From Nitrososphaera sp. (GTDB lineage: Archaea; Thermoproteota; Nitrososphaeria; Nitrososphaerales; Nitrososphaeraceae), in NCBI GenBank assembly GCA_025924355.1, contig JAICEE010000001.1, positions 1-57,609 on the forward strand: 57,609 bases of DNA, read 5' to 3'. The position numbers and the translations under genes were made by a program. Positions 1-9,054 of the stretch are shown here, piece after piece. Positions within the stretch are counted from its first letter, which is position 1, and each line of letters begins with the position of its first letter. The notes under the pieces are model-generated. The model made no database searches, was not told the DNA's origin, and saw only the letters and a program-made list of their open reading frames with translations.

Positions 1-131
1 CTTGAAAAGCGCATAGACGGCACTAGGAGCACGTCTTCTATTGCCTGGAGTACTTTGCCTTCATCCTCTGTGGCGTGGAGCACAAGGTTGATTTCAGCTG
101 CAGAAAATTTGAGGCTGTCTTGCTCAGACAT
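1..131 (-). CDS. Partial (N-terminus) predicted exosome-associated RNA-binding protein (DUF54/COG1325-like)
   Basis: Hand translation from ATG at 131: MSEQDSLKFSAAEINLVLHATEDEGKVLQAIEDVLL; HATED motif; runs off the window edge. Confidence 0.75.
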   Translation of the reverse strand, partial: MSEQDSLKFSAAEINLVLHATEDEGKVLQAIEDVLLVPSMRFS

Positions 132-174
132 TTGAAAGAGAGTATAAAAACTGGATAAAAAGCTATATGCTATG

Positions 175-873
175 TCACTGGTCCGGCGCAGCAGATTCTA
201 TTGTTTTGGCCTCGCTAACGGCTCTTGATTCTGCTGTCGATACGAGCTTTGTCTTCCTAATCCCCAGGTGACGGATCGCCGTTATCTTTTTCGCTTCATC
301 AAGCACATTGGCGCCAAGCTTACTATTCGTCTCCCTTGGAATATCTTCACTACCGCTGTTCCCTGTAATTTCTTGTATGAACTGGTCAACTGTCATCTGC
401 GGGATCCTTTCAGAAAGTATCTTCTGTGCTATCAACCTTATCTCATGCTTTTTCGATGAATTAACTCTCCGAAGGGTAAATGCAACCATTGCAACTCTGA
501 ATGTGTGGCCATCTATTGTAGTATAGTCATGAGTAAATGTGACCATTGAGCTACCTCTCCGGATAAGACTCCTGAGAAACTCTTTGGCATATTCGTGTCC
601 TCTAAAAATAGTGGTTGCTACACCATCGGTTATCTTGTCTATCTCAATAAAGACTTTGATTTGGTGCTGATCCATGCTTTGATCTGGGTTGCCTTTCATC
701 ATATCATGCAGCGTATTTTCAATTCTACGTCCCTTTATTTGAGTTGGATCTGTAACTGGAATATAGTTAATAGGCACCTGCGGCTCAAACCCTGGGGGCT
801 TATTGACAATTACCCACTGCTTGTCGCGCCATTTATCGCGAACTCTACCTCCCTTTCTCGCTCCTTTAGCCAT
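175..873 (-). CDS. rps3ae: 30S ribosomal protein S3Ae (eS1)
   Basis: RDKWRDKQW N-terminus, GHEYAKEFLRSLIRRGSS, IRKTKL motifs. Confidence 0.95.
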   Translation of the reverse strand: MAKGARKGGRVRDKWRDKQWVIVNKPPGFEPQVPINYIPVTDPTQIKGRRIENTLHDMMKGNPDQSMDQHQIKVFIEIDKITDGVATTIFRGHEYAKEFLRSLIRRGSSMVTFTHDYTTIDGHTFRVAMVAFTLRRVNSSKKHEIRLIAQKILSERIPQMTVDQFIQEITGNSGSEDIPRETNSKLGANVLDEAKKITAIRHLGIRKTKLVSTAESRAVSEAKTIESAAPDQ

Positions 874-927
874 AAAGTGTTCTTCTTCCCATTCTTTGAC
901 TAAAACAAATAATATATATACGATGCG

Positions 928-2208
928 TCAATTGCGAGCTCGAATCTCATCCAGACCGCCCATATATTTCTGCAGCACCTTTGGTATCTCCACGCTGCCC
1001 TTTGAAGTCTGGAAGTTTTCAAGTATTGCGACCATCGTGCGCTCTGTTGCAACAAGAGTGCTGTTGAGTGTGTGCACAAGACGCGTTTCCTCGTTTGTCT
1101 TGTCGCGGAATCGTATGCCAAGCCTTCGAGCCTGGTAATCTAGGCAGTTAGAGCAAGAAACGATCTCTCGGTAGGCATTTTGACCCGCCATCCAGCCCTC
1201 GATATCGTATGTCTTGGCTGATATCTTACCTGTGTCGCCGGAGCAGAGAAGCATTACACGGTAGGGAATGCCAAGCTGCCTGAAAAATTCCTCAGATAGT
1301 GCAAGCATCCTCTCATGTTCCCTCCACGACTCATCTGGGCGACAGTAGATAAATTGTTCAACCTTTTCAAACTGATGAACGCGGAATATTCCCTTCATGT
1401 CTCTGCCGTGTGCACCAGCCTCTTTACGAAAGCATGAACTAAAACCAGCATATCTTATGGGAAGCTCTATTCCTTCAAGGATCTCATCCATGTGCATACT
1501 TGCTATTGCATGCTCTGATGTCCCTATCATGTAAAGGTCCTCTTCCTCTATCTTGTAAATTACATCCTCAAAGTCATTAAGTATGACAGAGCCCACCATG
1601 GGTTCTTTTCTAATCATGTATGGTGGCTGGATAAGAGTGTAATGATGCTCTGATAAAAAGTCAAGCGCAAAGTTGATCAGTGCCTGATTCAACTTTACAA
1701 GCTCATTTTTCAGAAAGTAGAACCTCGAGCCTGATACTTTAGCAGCACGATTCAGGTCTACAAGATCTAGTGTAGTCGCAAGCTCAATGTGATCCTTTGG
1801 ACTAAAATTTGGCCTTATGATGTTGCCCTTTTGGCTAACAATCACATTATTCTGTTCGTCTTTACCGACTGGTACTGTCTCATTTAACAAGTTGGGCAAT
1901 GTCATCATTAGCTCATTGAACTTCCCCTCAATTTGAATTGCTTCAGATTCCGTCTGGTCAAGTAATACGCTCACTTGCTTCATCTCACCAAGTTCAAAAG
2001 AGGCATCCTGTTTGGACTTTTTCTTGCTAGCAATGGTTTCGGAGAGCAAATTCTTTTGGCGCCGAAGCTGCTGAGTCTTGATAATATTTTCACCCCGGAG
2101 CTTGTGAAGCATTATCAGTTCGTCAATCGGGAAATCCGTCATATTTCGCTTTTTGAGCATTTCCCGAACTGCCTCCGGGTTTTCTTTCAAAATTCTTGGA
2201 TCTAACAT
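928..2208 (-). CDS. serS: Serine--tRNA ligase (bacterial/eukaryal type)
   Basis: N-terminal coiled coil, GTSEH, FRKEAG..GIFRVHQFEKVE, EIVSCSNCLDYQARRL, HTLNST. Confidence 0.97.
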   Translation of the reverse strand: MLDPRILKENPEAVREMLKKRNMTDFPIDELIMLHKLRGENIIKTQQLRRQKNLLSETIASKKKSKQDASFELGEMKQVSVLLDQTESEAIQIEGKFNELMMTLPNLLNETVPVGKDEQNNVIVSQKGNIIRPNFSPKDHIELATTLDLVDLNRAAKVSGSRFYFLKNELVKLNQALINFALDFLSEHHYTLIQPPYMIRKEPMVGSVILNDFEDVIYKIEEEDLYMIGTSEHAIASMHMDEILEGIELPIRYAGFSSCFRKEAGAHGRDMKGIFRVHQFEKVEQFIYCRPDESWREHERMLALSEEFFRQLGIPYRVMLLCSGDTGKISAKTYDIEGWMAGQNAYREIVSCSNCLDYQARRLGIRFRDKTNEETRLVHTLNSTLVATERTMVAILENFQTSKGSVEIPKVLQKYMGGLDEIRARN

Positions 2209-2477
2209 TAACCGGCCATCACTTTCTTTGCTACCGATATGTGCTCGAGAATTTCGTCTAGAGTGCTCAATATTATTGCAGTTGGAATATTTTTGCTTGT
2301 CAACTCGATCGCAAGTCTAGAGCCTCTCGAAAACATTTTCATTGACAGACCCTTTGGAAAGTTAATATTGTCTGGTATTAATGCCTTCATGACCGCCTTT
2401 GCTTGCGCACTGCTCGAAAAGAGTATCTCGACCCCTACTGCAATGTCAAGATGTCGCTCTGGCAAATTTCGGATCAT
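2208..2477 (-). CDS. pcc1: KEOPS complex subunit Pcc1
   Basis: 89 aa, ALIPDN motif, position between DHH gene and serS; stop overlaps serS start. Confidence 0.7.
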   Translation of the reverse strand: MIRNLPERHLDIAVGVEILFSSSAQAKAVMKALIPDNINFPKGLSMKMFSRGSRLAIELTSKNIPTAIILSTLDEILEHISVAKKVMAG

Positions 2478-3888
2478 TTGTCTCCGCCTTTATGCCAGTA
2501 ATAAAATCCTCAAGAGCTGAAGAAGGAATCCTACAGCCTGCAGCTGCAGAATGTCCGCCCCCTACCCCACTCAACGCCTTGGAGCACTGTCGCATTATCA
2601 GGCCGAGGTTTGCCTGTGATTTGCAATCCAGGCACTTCCTTGATGAGAACTTGTAGGTTCCATCCTTTGTTAGTGTCCGTACAAATAGTAGCCTGCCCCG
2701 GAGGGAGGGTGACCGGCTGAGTAGCGATGACACTGCACCTAGCATCGCTTCCTCTAAAATCCCATCTCCATTGATAAAGGCAGTCTTGCCGTCGTCAGTA
2801 AGCCTCCATTTTTCACTAAAGATGGTCGAAATATTATTGCGCAGAGTCATATTATATGTGCTCACTATCTCTTCTCCTGTGCTTAATGCGGTGTTTCTAT
2901 CTCCCATACAAATTGCGATACCGACTCCTGCCCTTCCTATCCTGCCGCAGGCGTTTAGCACTGTTGAAAATTCCCTTGCGTCTCTTAGAAGGCTTCTCTT
3001 GTCCTCTCTTGTAAGTGTGTAGACATAGCCTATCAGATCGTCCAGCAATATCTCGTATAACCTCTTATCAGAACCACCAACAAATTTGGTTATTGCTTCA
3101 ACAATCGCGCTTTTTTCTTCCTGTGAAAACTCTGCCAGGACACGCCAGCGGCCATCATTATCTTTGAGTTTTATGCCAGCATCCTTGAGCAAGAGGTAAC
3201 AGGCTTCCTTCTTCCAAGTGAGCCCGTCAATATAATGGAATAACGTGTATGCAAGTGCCGCATGGGGAGGAAGCGTCTCTCTTCCACTCAGTAAGATATC
3301 GAGATCGGCACTTACAAGCCCAAGCGACTGAGCTGTTTTTAGTATTTCAGCATTCAGACCAGAAAATGACCTTTTATCTCCTTGGTCCTGCCTATCGGCT
3401 ACTGCTGAAACAACCGCTATTGCCGAAAGGTCACGGTTCTTCAAATCAAGCGCACTCGCCACGAGGTACGCCAATCCCCCTGCTGACGCTTCTGTTCCTC
3501 CATCGATGCCAAATTTCCACGGATTTAGTATCTGACCGCCATCGTCTGTTAATATCTCATCCTCAGTGATCTCATGATGGTCAATGATAACCCACTTGTC
3601 ATCAAGTGCCTTTCTCAGATTTGATGCCCAACCTCCTCCTAGGTCAGCTATGACATAAAAATCGCGGCCTTCAGCCTTCATGTTCTCAACTACAGATGAA
3701 TTCATGTCATTTACTGCCCTCACAGAATACCGTGCACCCATCCGCCTGAACGCCGTTGCCATTATGCTACCAGCAGTGATTCCATCCGCATCAAGGTGTG
3801 TGATTATGGCAACCTCATTGCCGCCTTCTATATTCGTTCTCAATTTTTCACAAAAATGTTTAAGCCCATCAGTTAGCCTGTCACTCAT
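2446..3888 (-). CDS. DHH/DHHA1 phosphoesterase (RecJ-like, HAN-type)
   Basis: THLDADG, ADLG, IDHH, AVADRQD and C-terminal GGGHSAAAG motifs; directly downstream of rps15. Confidence 0.9.
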   Translation of the reverse strand: MSDRLTDGLKHFCEKLRTNIEGGNEVAIITHLDADGITAGSIMATAFRRMGARYSVRAVNDMNSSVVENMKAEGRDFYVIADLGGGWASNLRKALDDKWVIIDHHEITEDEILTDDGGQILNPWKFGIDGGTEASAGGLAYLVASALDLKNRDLSAIAVVSAVADRQDQGDKRSFSGLNAEILKTAQSLGLVSADLDILLSGRETLPPHAALAYTLFHYIDGLTWKKEACYLLLKDAGIKLKDNDGRWRVLAEFSQEEKSAIVEAITKFVGGSDKRLYEILLDDLIGYVYTLTREDKRSLLRDAREFSTVLNACGRIGRAGVGIAICMGDRNTALSTGEEIVSTYNMTLRNNISTIFSEKWRLTDDGKTAFINGDGILEEAMLGAVSSLLSRSPSLRGRLLFVRTLTKDGTYKFSSRKCLDCKSQANLGLIMRQCSKALSGVGGGHSAAAGCRIPSSALEDFITGIKAETNDPKFARATS

Positions 3889-3903
3889 CTAAAGTACCTT
3901 TTA

Positions 3904-4353
3904 CTACTCTAGCTGCGCAATGACTGCTGCGTATTTCCAGTTCTTTGGAATCTTGCCTTCTCGTTTGTAGTACTTTGACAACCTGTGAATCTTTGACTCT
4001 ATCAACTCAAGTGAACGCACATTCCTGTGGTCGCTGTTGTGAACTCTGAGATGCTTTTGAAGCCCAAGAGCCTTTCTTACCAGCTTGTCGAGATCCTCTG
4101 GCATGTCTGATTTTATATTATTCTCAGTCAAAATGCTGGTGACACTCTTGCCAACAACAGGCTTGACGAGTGGTATTCCATGTTCATCCCTTAATCTCAG
4201 TCCTATCTCGCTTGGGCTCAAACCTTCCTTTGCGAGCTCGACAACCAGAGCCGAGATCTGATCTCTATTCTGGCTAAGCCAGAGTGCAGGTCCCTTTGAA
4301 GTAGGACGAGTTGAATGAGACTTACCATGAGTGTGAACGTGAATTCGTGCCAT
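3904..4353 (-). CDS. rps15: 30S ribosomal protein S15 (uS15)
   Basis: MARIH..GKSHSTRP, PSEIGLRLRD, LIESKIHRLSKYYK. Confidence 0.97.
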   Translation of the reverse strand: MARIHVHTHGKSHSTRPTSKGPALWLSQNRDQISALVVELAKEGLSPSEIGLRLRDEHGIPLVKPVVGKSVTSILTENNIKSDMPEDLDKLVRKALGLQKHLRVHNSDHRNVRSLELIESKIHRLSKYYKREGKIPKNWKYAAVIAQLE

Positions 4354-4506
4354 ATCCTTACAGTGCTCTGCGCGTATCTGCCTTAAATGTTTGCTTGCTT
4401 ATCTATCAAAAGAGAGAAAGAAAGAGAAAGAGAGTTTGATGTAAAGAAGTATTCCCTGAAGCTAACATAAAAAGTTATATATTAGAATTCGAAGAGCTTA
4501 TGTAAC

Positions 4507-4863
4507 ATGAACAAGCCGATCATAGCGGCTCTAGCAGCAATGGCAGTATTAACTTCTACAATGGGTGCAGCGTACGCACAATACACTGGTGGCGGCGCAA
4601 GCGTAGGAACCGCCTCCCCTGAACAGCTGCAAGAATGTGAAGCGCTTGGAGTACCACGTGAGAATTGCAACGACGTAACTATTCTAGCTAAAAAGAGACT
4701 TACGGCCGCACAGGAAAACCCAGCTACCGGTTCTGGGACACCGATGCTGTCAACTGAATCAGGGCAAATGACCGTGTTTATTGGAGTTCTTGCTGCCATC
4801 TTTGGTGGAGTAGCCGCAGCATTCTTCTTCAAAGGCAGAGGCGCAAAGCCAGTAAAGACTTAA
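4507..4863 (+). CDS. Small exported protein with C-terminal membrane anchor
   Basis: Signal peptide ending AYA, Cys pair, C-terminal hydrophobic helix plus basic tail; T-run follows the stop. Confidence 0.8.
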   Translation: MNKPIIAALAAMAVLTSTMGAAYAQYTGGGASVGTASPEQLQECEALGVPRENCNDVTILAKKRLTAAQENPATGSGTPMLSTESGQMTVFIGVLAAIFGGVAAAFFFKGRGAKPVKT

Positions 4864-4871
4864 GCTCCCTC

Positions 4872-4878
4872 TTTTTTT
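4872..4878 (+). terminator. Oligo(T) archaeal terminator
   Basis: T7 tract 8 nt after the stop at 4863. Confidence 0.55.
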
Positions 4879-5041
4879 GTTTTATTGAAACAATTTACCT
4901 CGGAATGCTAATTGGTTCCACCCAGGCCAATAAAGGCGTTGGATGTTATTACCTCCTAGCCTTGGATTAAACCGTTACATTTGGGATTCTCGTGCGTTAA
5001 ACCGACAAATATATATATTTGGATTTTTTTGCATAGAGATA

Positions 5042-5284
5042 ATGTGGTATCAACAACTATTTGCGCAGATAGGTCCAGCATACGATCCGCTGTTCTATGA
5101 TGTCATGGTATACATATTCGGAACCATGCTCTTCGCAGTGTTCCTGCTGGGGGTCATCGCCTTTTGGCTTAGAAGAAAGGGACTTGGTGGTGGCGCAGCT
5201 AAAGAAAAGTGGGCTCAGGAGTTGGAAAGGTACTTTGAGCGCGAGCAGATCGGCTTAATTCCAGACGAAAAACATCACTGGTAG
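5042..5284 (+). CDS. Small single-pass membrane protein
   Basis: ATG at 5042 sits just downstream of the TATA-like 5007-5020; one TM helix followed by RRK. Confidence 0.65.
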   Translation: MWYQQLFAQIGPAYDPLFYDVMVYIFGTMLFAVFLLGVIAFWLRRKGLGGGAAKEKWAQELERYFEREQIGLIPDEKHHW

Positions 5285-5366
5285 AGGAGTTGGCTGGGGC
5301 AACGACCCCAATACATTATTTTATTCTTATAGTATAATTATCTGACTCTTTTGTTCTGATGCACAA

Positions 5367-6452
5367 TTGAGCGTGGTTATTGCATTTCCATCAGCTTTTA
5401 CCCATGAGGGGGCACTTGCTCAGCGTATCCAAGAGGCTGCAAGTGGAATCACAAGTGTGAATGTTGAACACAACTGTATTATATGTGAGGCAAGCGACGT
5501 TGTTGAGCTCGCCTCACAGCTTGCAAGCATGTTCGGAATTGAGACTGTTGCAATAGCCAACAAAGTATCAAGCAACTTTTCCGATCTAACTGCTGCAATA
5601 TTTGAAGTTGGAAGTAAGGTCATCGTTCCTGGAGATAGGTTTTATGTCAAAGTGATCATACAGCCCGTTGCCAAATGTGAATATGTTAGCAGAGATATTG
5701 AGTTCACTGCTTCAAGCAAACTTGCAGAAAGGTTAGCATCGATAAAGGCCCTGCCTGCAAAAACCGAGAACGAGGCGAGCCGCCTCATTCTAACCGTCGT
5801 AGGTAAGAAGTCCGCGTATGTGTGCATCCAAGTAATGACTGCCCCCGGTGGGCTCACCGCTGGTTCACATGGTAGAGTCTTGAGCAGTATTCATGACTCT
5901 CTATCTTTTCTCTCATGCCTAACTGCAGCCAAGGCAGGCTTTGACTGCTCCTCTGTTGTACTGCCATATGTTGACGAAACTGAGCTTGAAATTAACGCTA
6001 GCCTTGTGCAGCTCTTTGCCGCAAGAACAGGGAGAAAAAAACAAACAATCTTGGCAATGCCAATCAATGTGCCTGCAGCAGGCACAGTATCAATATTACT
6101 GAAAGAAAAGATCATCTCAAAAATTCTAATACAATGTCAGAACAGCAGGATCGTTTTCCCTCTTACTACCGCAGTTCATCCAATTTGGTTCATAGAATCT
6201 ATCATTCGAGAAACTGTGTTTTCAGGAAAGATGCCTTTTGTGCCATTACTATTTCTATCGGGTGAGCTTGGTCGGTATGCACAAGACGCTGGAATAAAGC
6301 TGAATGTTTCAGATCTGAAAGTTGCAAAAGGCAAGCTTCAAAAGTACAGCAATGCTGTTGATTCTGAAGCGAGGCTAGCAATTAAGCATACAAAGAGGCT
6401 GGAGTTAAAGATAGGACCTAACTATTTTCACGACATTATCGATTCCATTTAA
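5367..6452 (+). CDS. THUMP-domain ThiI-like protein with degenerate PP-loop
   Basis: MFGIETVAIA, FYVKV, PGGLTAGSHGRVL resemble ThiI; SGGxDS motif absent. Confidence 0.7.
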   Translation: MSVVIAFPSAFTHEGALAQRIQEAASGITSVNVEHNCIICEASDVVELASQLASMFGIETVAIANKVSSNFSDLTAAIFEVGSKVIVPGDRFYVKVIIQPVAKCEYVSRDIEFTASSKLAERLASIKALPAKTENEASRLILTVVGKKSAYVCIQVMTAPGGLTAGSHGRVLSSIHDSLSFLSCLTAAKAGFDCSSVVLPYVDETELEINASLVQLFAARTGRKKQTILAMPINVPAAGTVSILLKEKIISKILIQCQNSRIVFPLTTAVHPIWFIESIIRETVFSGKMPFVPLLFLSGELGRYAQDAGIKLNVSDLKVAKGKLQKYSNAVDSEARLAIKHTKRLELKIGPNYFHDIIDSI

Positions 6453-7580
6453 CTTTTCAGCTAGCGACTGAAGTTCAGTCGCTTTCTTATTGTAGTCAGA
6501 GCCGTCAAGTACTTTTTCGATAGCGTCACCAAGTCGCTCTGGTCTCAACCGCTTTGGATGCAGCATTACTCCTGCTCCAAGTTCCTCGATCTTGGCGCAA
6601 TTGCCCAACTGCTCACCATGATTCTCAATAGGCACAGTAACGACGGGCTTGCCAAACTGGATTGCCTGTGACAGAGCGACATGACCCCCTCTTAAAACGA
6701 GAAGATCACTTGCGGCAAATATCTCATCGCGCACAGGACACCATTCATAAAACCAGCTTAATCTTCCAATCCTCCTTGGATGGCTTTTGCCCCTCGGGTT
6801 GCCTGCTGAGATGACAAACTGGATTTTAGGATCAAGCTTTTTAGCTGTTTCAAGCGCAACTTTGAGGAATGCTGGCCGGGTCTGGACCGGGCCGCTGACA
6901 TGTACGAAGACGAGGGGCCTACTCCTGTCAAGGCCCAGCATATTGGTTATTTTGATCACGTGTTCTTTGTTTATGTGAGGTCTTGGCGAAGCGAATCCGA
7001 TGTATTCCAGCTTTCGTGATGTTGAGCCTATATCCCATATATTGTGGGCAGAAAGCGTATAAGGTGGCGGAAGATCCGGCACCAAGACTCTTTCAGCCAT
7101 TGCCCACATTGAGCCCAAAAATTCGGCTACGATATTTTCAAAAATGCGCGAGGCTATAAGATCATGGAGACGAGGCGAGAGCAATAGCTTTATTTGGTTC
7201 AATATGACAACTGAAGGAATCTTGAGCAATCTGGCTGCCATAAGAGGCGACAACCTGCTGTCGGATACTACGATATTCGGGTTGCACCCTAACAAGTTGC
7301 GTGTCTCTTGGTTAACCTGCCTTGAAAAGTTGGCAAACCAGACGGGGAGGTTAGCTATGCTGTCCTTGACAGAGAAGCCTCCTTCCATGCTCCAAGCAAA
7401 TTCGACTGGTGAAACAGTCACGCACTTGTAGCCCCTCATCGAAACGTAGCTTACCGCCTCACCATACGATGAGAATTGAACATTTATCTCCTCTTGTTTT
7501 AGGTGATCGGCCACCATAAGCAATCGGCTTGCATGCCCAAGGCCTACACCATACGGTGCGAAGTATGCTAATGGTGACAA
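6405..7580 (-). CDS. GT-B glycosyltransferase (GT28/MurG-like)
   Basis: GVGLGHASR, VVSDS, RGGH..SQAIQFGKP..VPIENHGEQ motifs. Confidence 0.85.
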   Translation of the reverse strand: MSPLAYFAPYGVGLGHASRLLMVADHLKQEEINVQFSSYGEAVSYVSMRGYKCVTVSPVEFAWSMEGGFSVKDSIANLPVWFANFSRQVNQETRNLLGCNPNIVVSDSRLSPLMAARLLKIPSVVILNQIKLLLSPRLHDLIASRIFENIVAEFLGSMWAMAERVLVPDLPPPYTLSAHNIWDIGSTSRKLEYIGFASPRPHINKEHVIKITNMLGLDRSRPLVFVHVSGPVQTRPAFLKVALETAKKLDPKIQFVISAGNPRGKSHPRRIGRLSWFYEWCPVRDEIFAASDLLVLRGGHVALSQAIQFGKPVVTVPIENHGEQLGNCAKIEELGAGVMLHPKRLRPERLGDAIEKVLDGSDYNKKATELQSLAEKLNGIDNVVKIVRSYL

Positions 7581-7615
7581 CGGGGTAAAATATCACCATT
7601 GATTATATATTATTG

Positions 7616-8212
7616 TCATATTCCAAGCTGCATGACCTCACCCTTCGGTTCGACTTCTTTGAACACTGTTGCTTGAAACTTGTATAGTTTTGTTGTAGGG
7701 TCTAGCCATACATCTGGCGGCGCGCCTGCCTTATAGCAGATATTTGCGAGGTATTCCTCAACATTCCACTTTAGTTCGACTGGCACCTGTGGTAGGAGCA
7801 ACCCTGAACCAAAACGCCAGTGCAGGATTAGACCGTCTCTTCCTATCTGGATCTCTTTTCCATAGCCGGCTGGGCTGGCTGTGATCTGCTGAGGAGGAGT
7901 AAGTACACTTATCTCAAAAATGATATTGCCGAGCTCCTGCATATCAAGAGGGGGAAAGCGAGGATCTTGTGTTGCTGCTGCAATTGCTGCCTCTACCACC
8001 TCCTGGTACAGTGGTTTTTCTGGAAGCGGAAAGCCAATACAGCCACGCAAGTATTCCTTCTTGTTTCTAGTTACATAGTTAAGCGTTACAAAAACTCCCG
8101 CCTTTTCTAGCGTGTGTCTTTCTGATTTGATTATGACTGATTGTTGCAGGTATTTTTCAACCGCGATTCTGGCTAGACGGACAAGCTCAAGACCTTCAAT
8201 AGGCGATATCAC
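7616..8212 (-). CDS. AMMECR1-domain protein
   Basis: GVFVTL, LRGCIG, DPRFPP, EISVLT, GLLLPQV. Confidence 0.93.
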   Translation of the reverse strand: MISPIEGLELVRLARIAVEKYLQQSVIIKSERHTLEKAGVFVTLNYVTRNKKEYLRGCIGFPLPEKPLYQEVVEAAIAAATQDPRFPPLDMQELGNIIFEISVLTPPQQITASPAGYGKEIQIGRDGLILHWRFGSGLLLPQVPVELKWNVEEYLANICYKAGAPPDVWLDPTTKLYKFQATVFKEVEPKGEVMQLGI

Positions 8213-8440
8213 TTCTGCTCTATTCTGTCTCTAGACAGATTAAAAAACCAACAGCTTGCAATACGATATTTGTTCCGTTTTTAAATGTGAAAGAGCATGC
8301 GCTCCCAAGATGCTGGGAATAATTGGTTGACACCATGTGGATGCGCCCAACAATGAGCACAAAGGTAGCCTTACCAGGCGCAAATATGCTGTAGCAATAA
8401 GACATATTAACTCTCTACTCTTAAACTAACCCACACCTCT

Positions 8441-8614
8441 ATGATGAATTGTCCTAACTGCGGCGCAATCATGGTATGGCTTAATGGCTCTGTTCTACAT
8501 GATCCACCTGTCAAGCAATACGAATGCAGACATTGCCGGTTATTTGTTGTTAAGTATCAAGACGGCAATTATGAGGTGGTGCCTATTGAGCCAGAGATGC
8601 AACAGCAACAGTGA
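8441..8614 (+). CDS. 57-aa CPxCG zinc-ribbon microprotein (not in ORF track)
   Basis: Hand translation MMNCPNCGAIMVWLNGSVLHDPPVKQYECRHCRLFVVKYQDGNYEVVPIEPEMQQQQ; stop lies 2 nt before the next ATG. Confidence 0.75.
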   Translation: MMNCPNCGAIMVWLNGSVLHDPPVKQYECRHCRLFVVKYQDGNYEVVPIEPEMQQQQ

Positions 8615-8616
8615 TA

Positions 8617-9027
8617 ATGAAAATAAACAAGGTAGTTGAGACGTGCATCTATTCTTCTGATCTTGAAAGCATGAAAAAGTTTTATGTAGGAATTCTTGGT
8701 TTGTCGGTTATTCAAGAAGAAGAAGATAAGCTGATCTTCTTGAAGGCCGGCAAGAGTGTGTTATTGATATTCGATCCTCTGCGGACCAGTATCAATAATG
8801 ACAAACTACCTACCCATGGCGCAATGACTCCACCATCAAGCATTCACTTTGCTATGGAGATAGAAGAGCAAGAATATCAGCCGTGCAAGGAGCTCTTGGC
8901 ACGGAACGATATTGTAATAGAAAAAGAGATCAAATGGAATTCCAATACAAAGTCACTTTACTTTCGGGATCCGTCAGGTAATCTTGTGGAATTGATAACG
9001 CGGGGCGGGTGGCCAGTGGAAAGCTAA
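8617..9027 (+). CDS. VOC/glyoxalase family protein
   Basis: ETCIY..DLE..KFY..ILGL, HFAM, SLYFRDPSGNLVEL. Confidence 0.9.
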   Translation: MKINKVVETCIYSSDLESMKKFYVGILGLSVIQEEEDKLIFLKAGKSVLLIFDPLRTSINNDKLPTHGAMTPPSSIHFAMEIEEQEYQPCKELLARNDIVIEKEIKWNSNTKSLYFRDPSGNLVELITRGGWPVES

Positions 9028-9054
9028 TATAATATTCTCTTCCCTCATTTCAAA

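Noticed and set aside
4388-4434. GA-rich low-complexity tract upstream of rps15
   Set aside because: Short simple sequence with no periodic spacer structure
8220-8405. 61-aa minus-strand ORF upstream of the AMMECR1 gene
   Set aside because: No recognisable motif; cannot be supported, though not excluded
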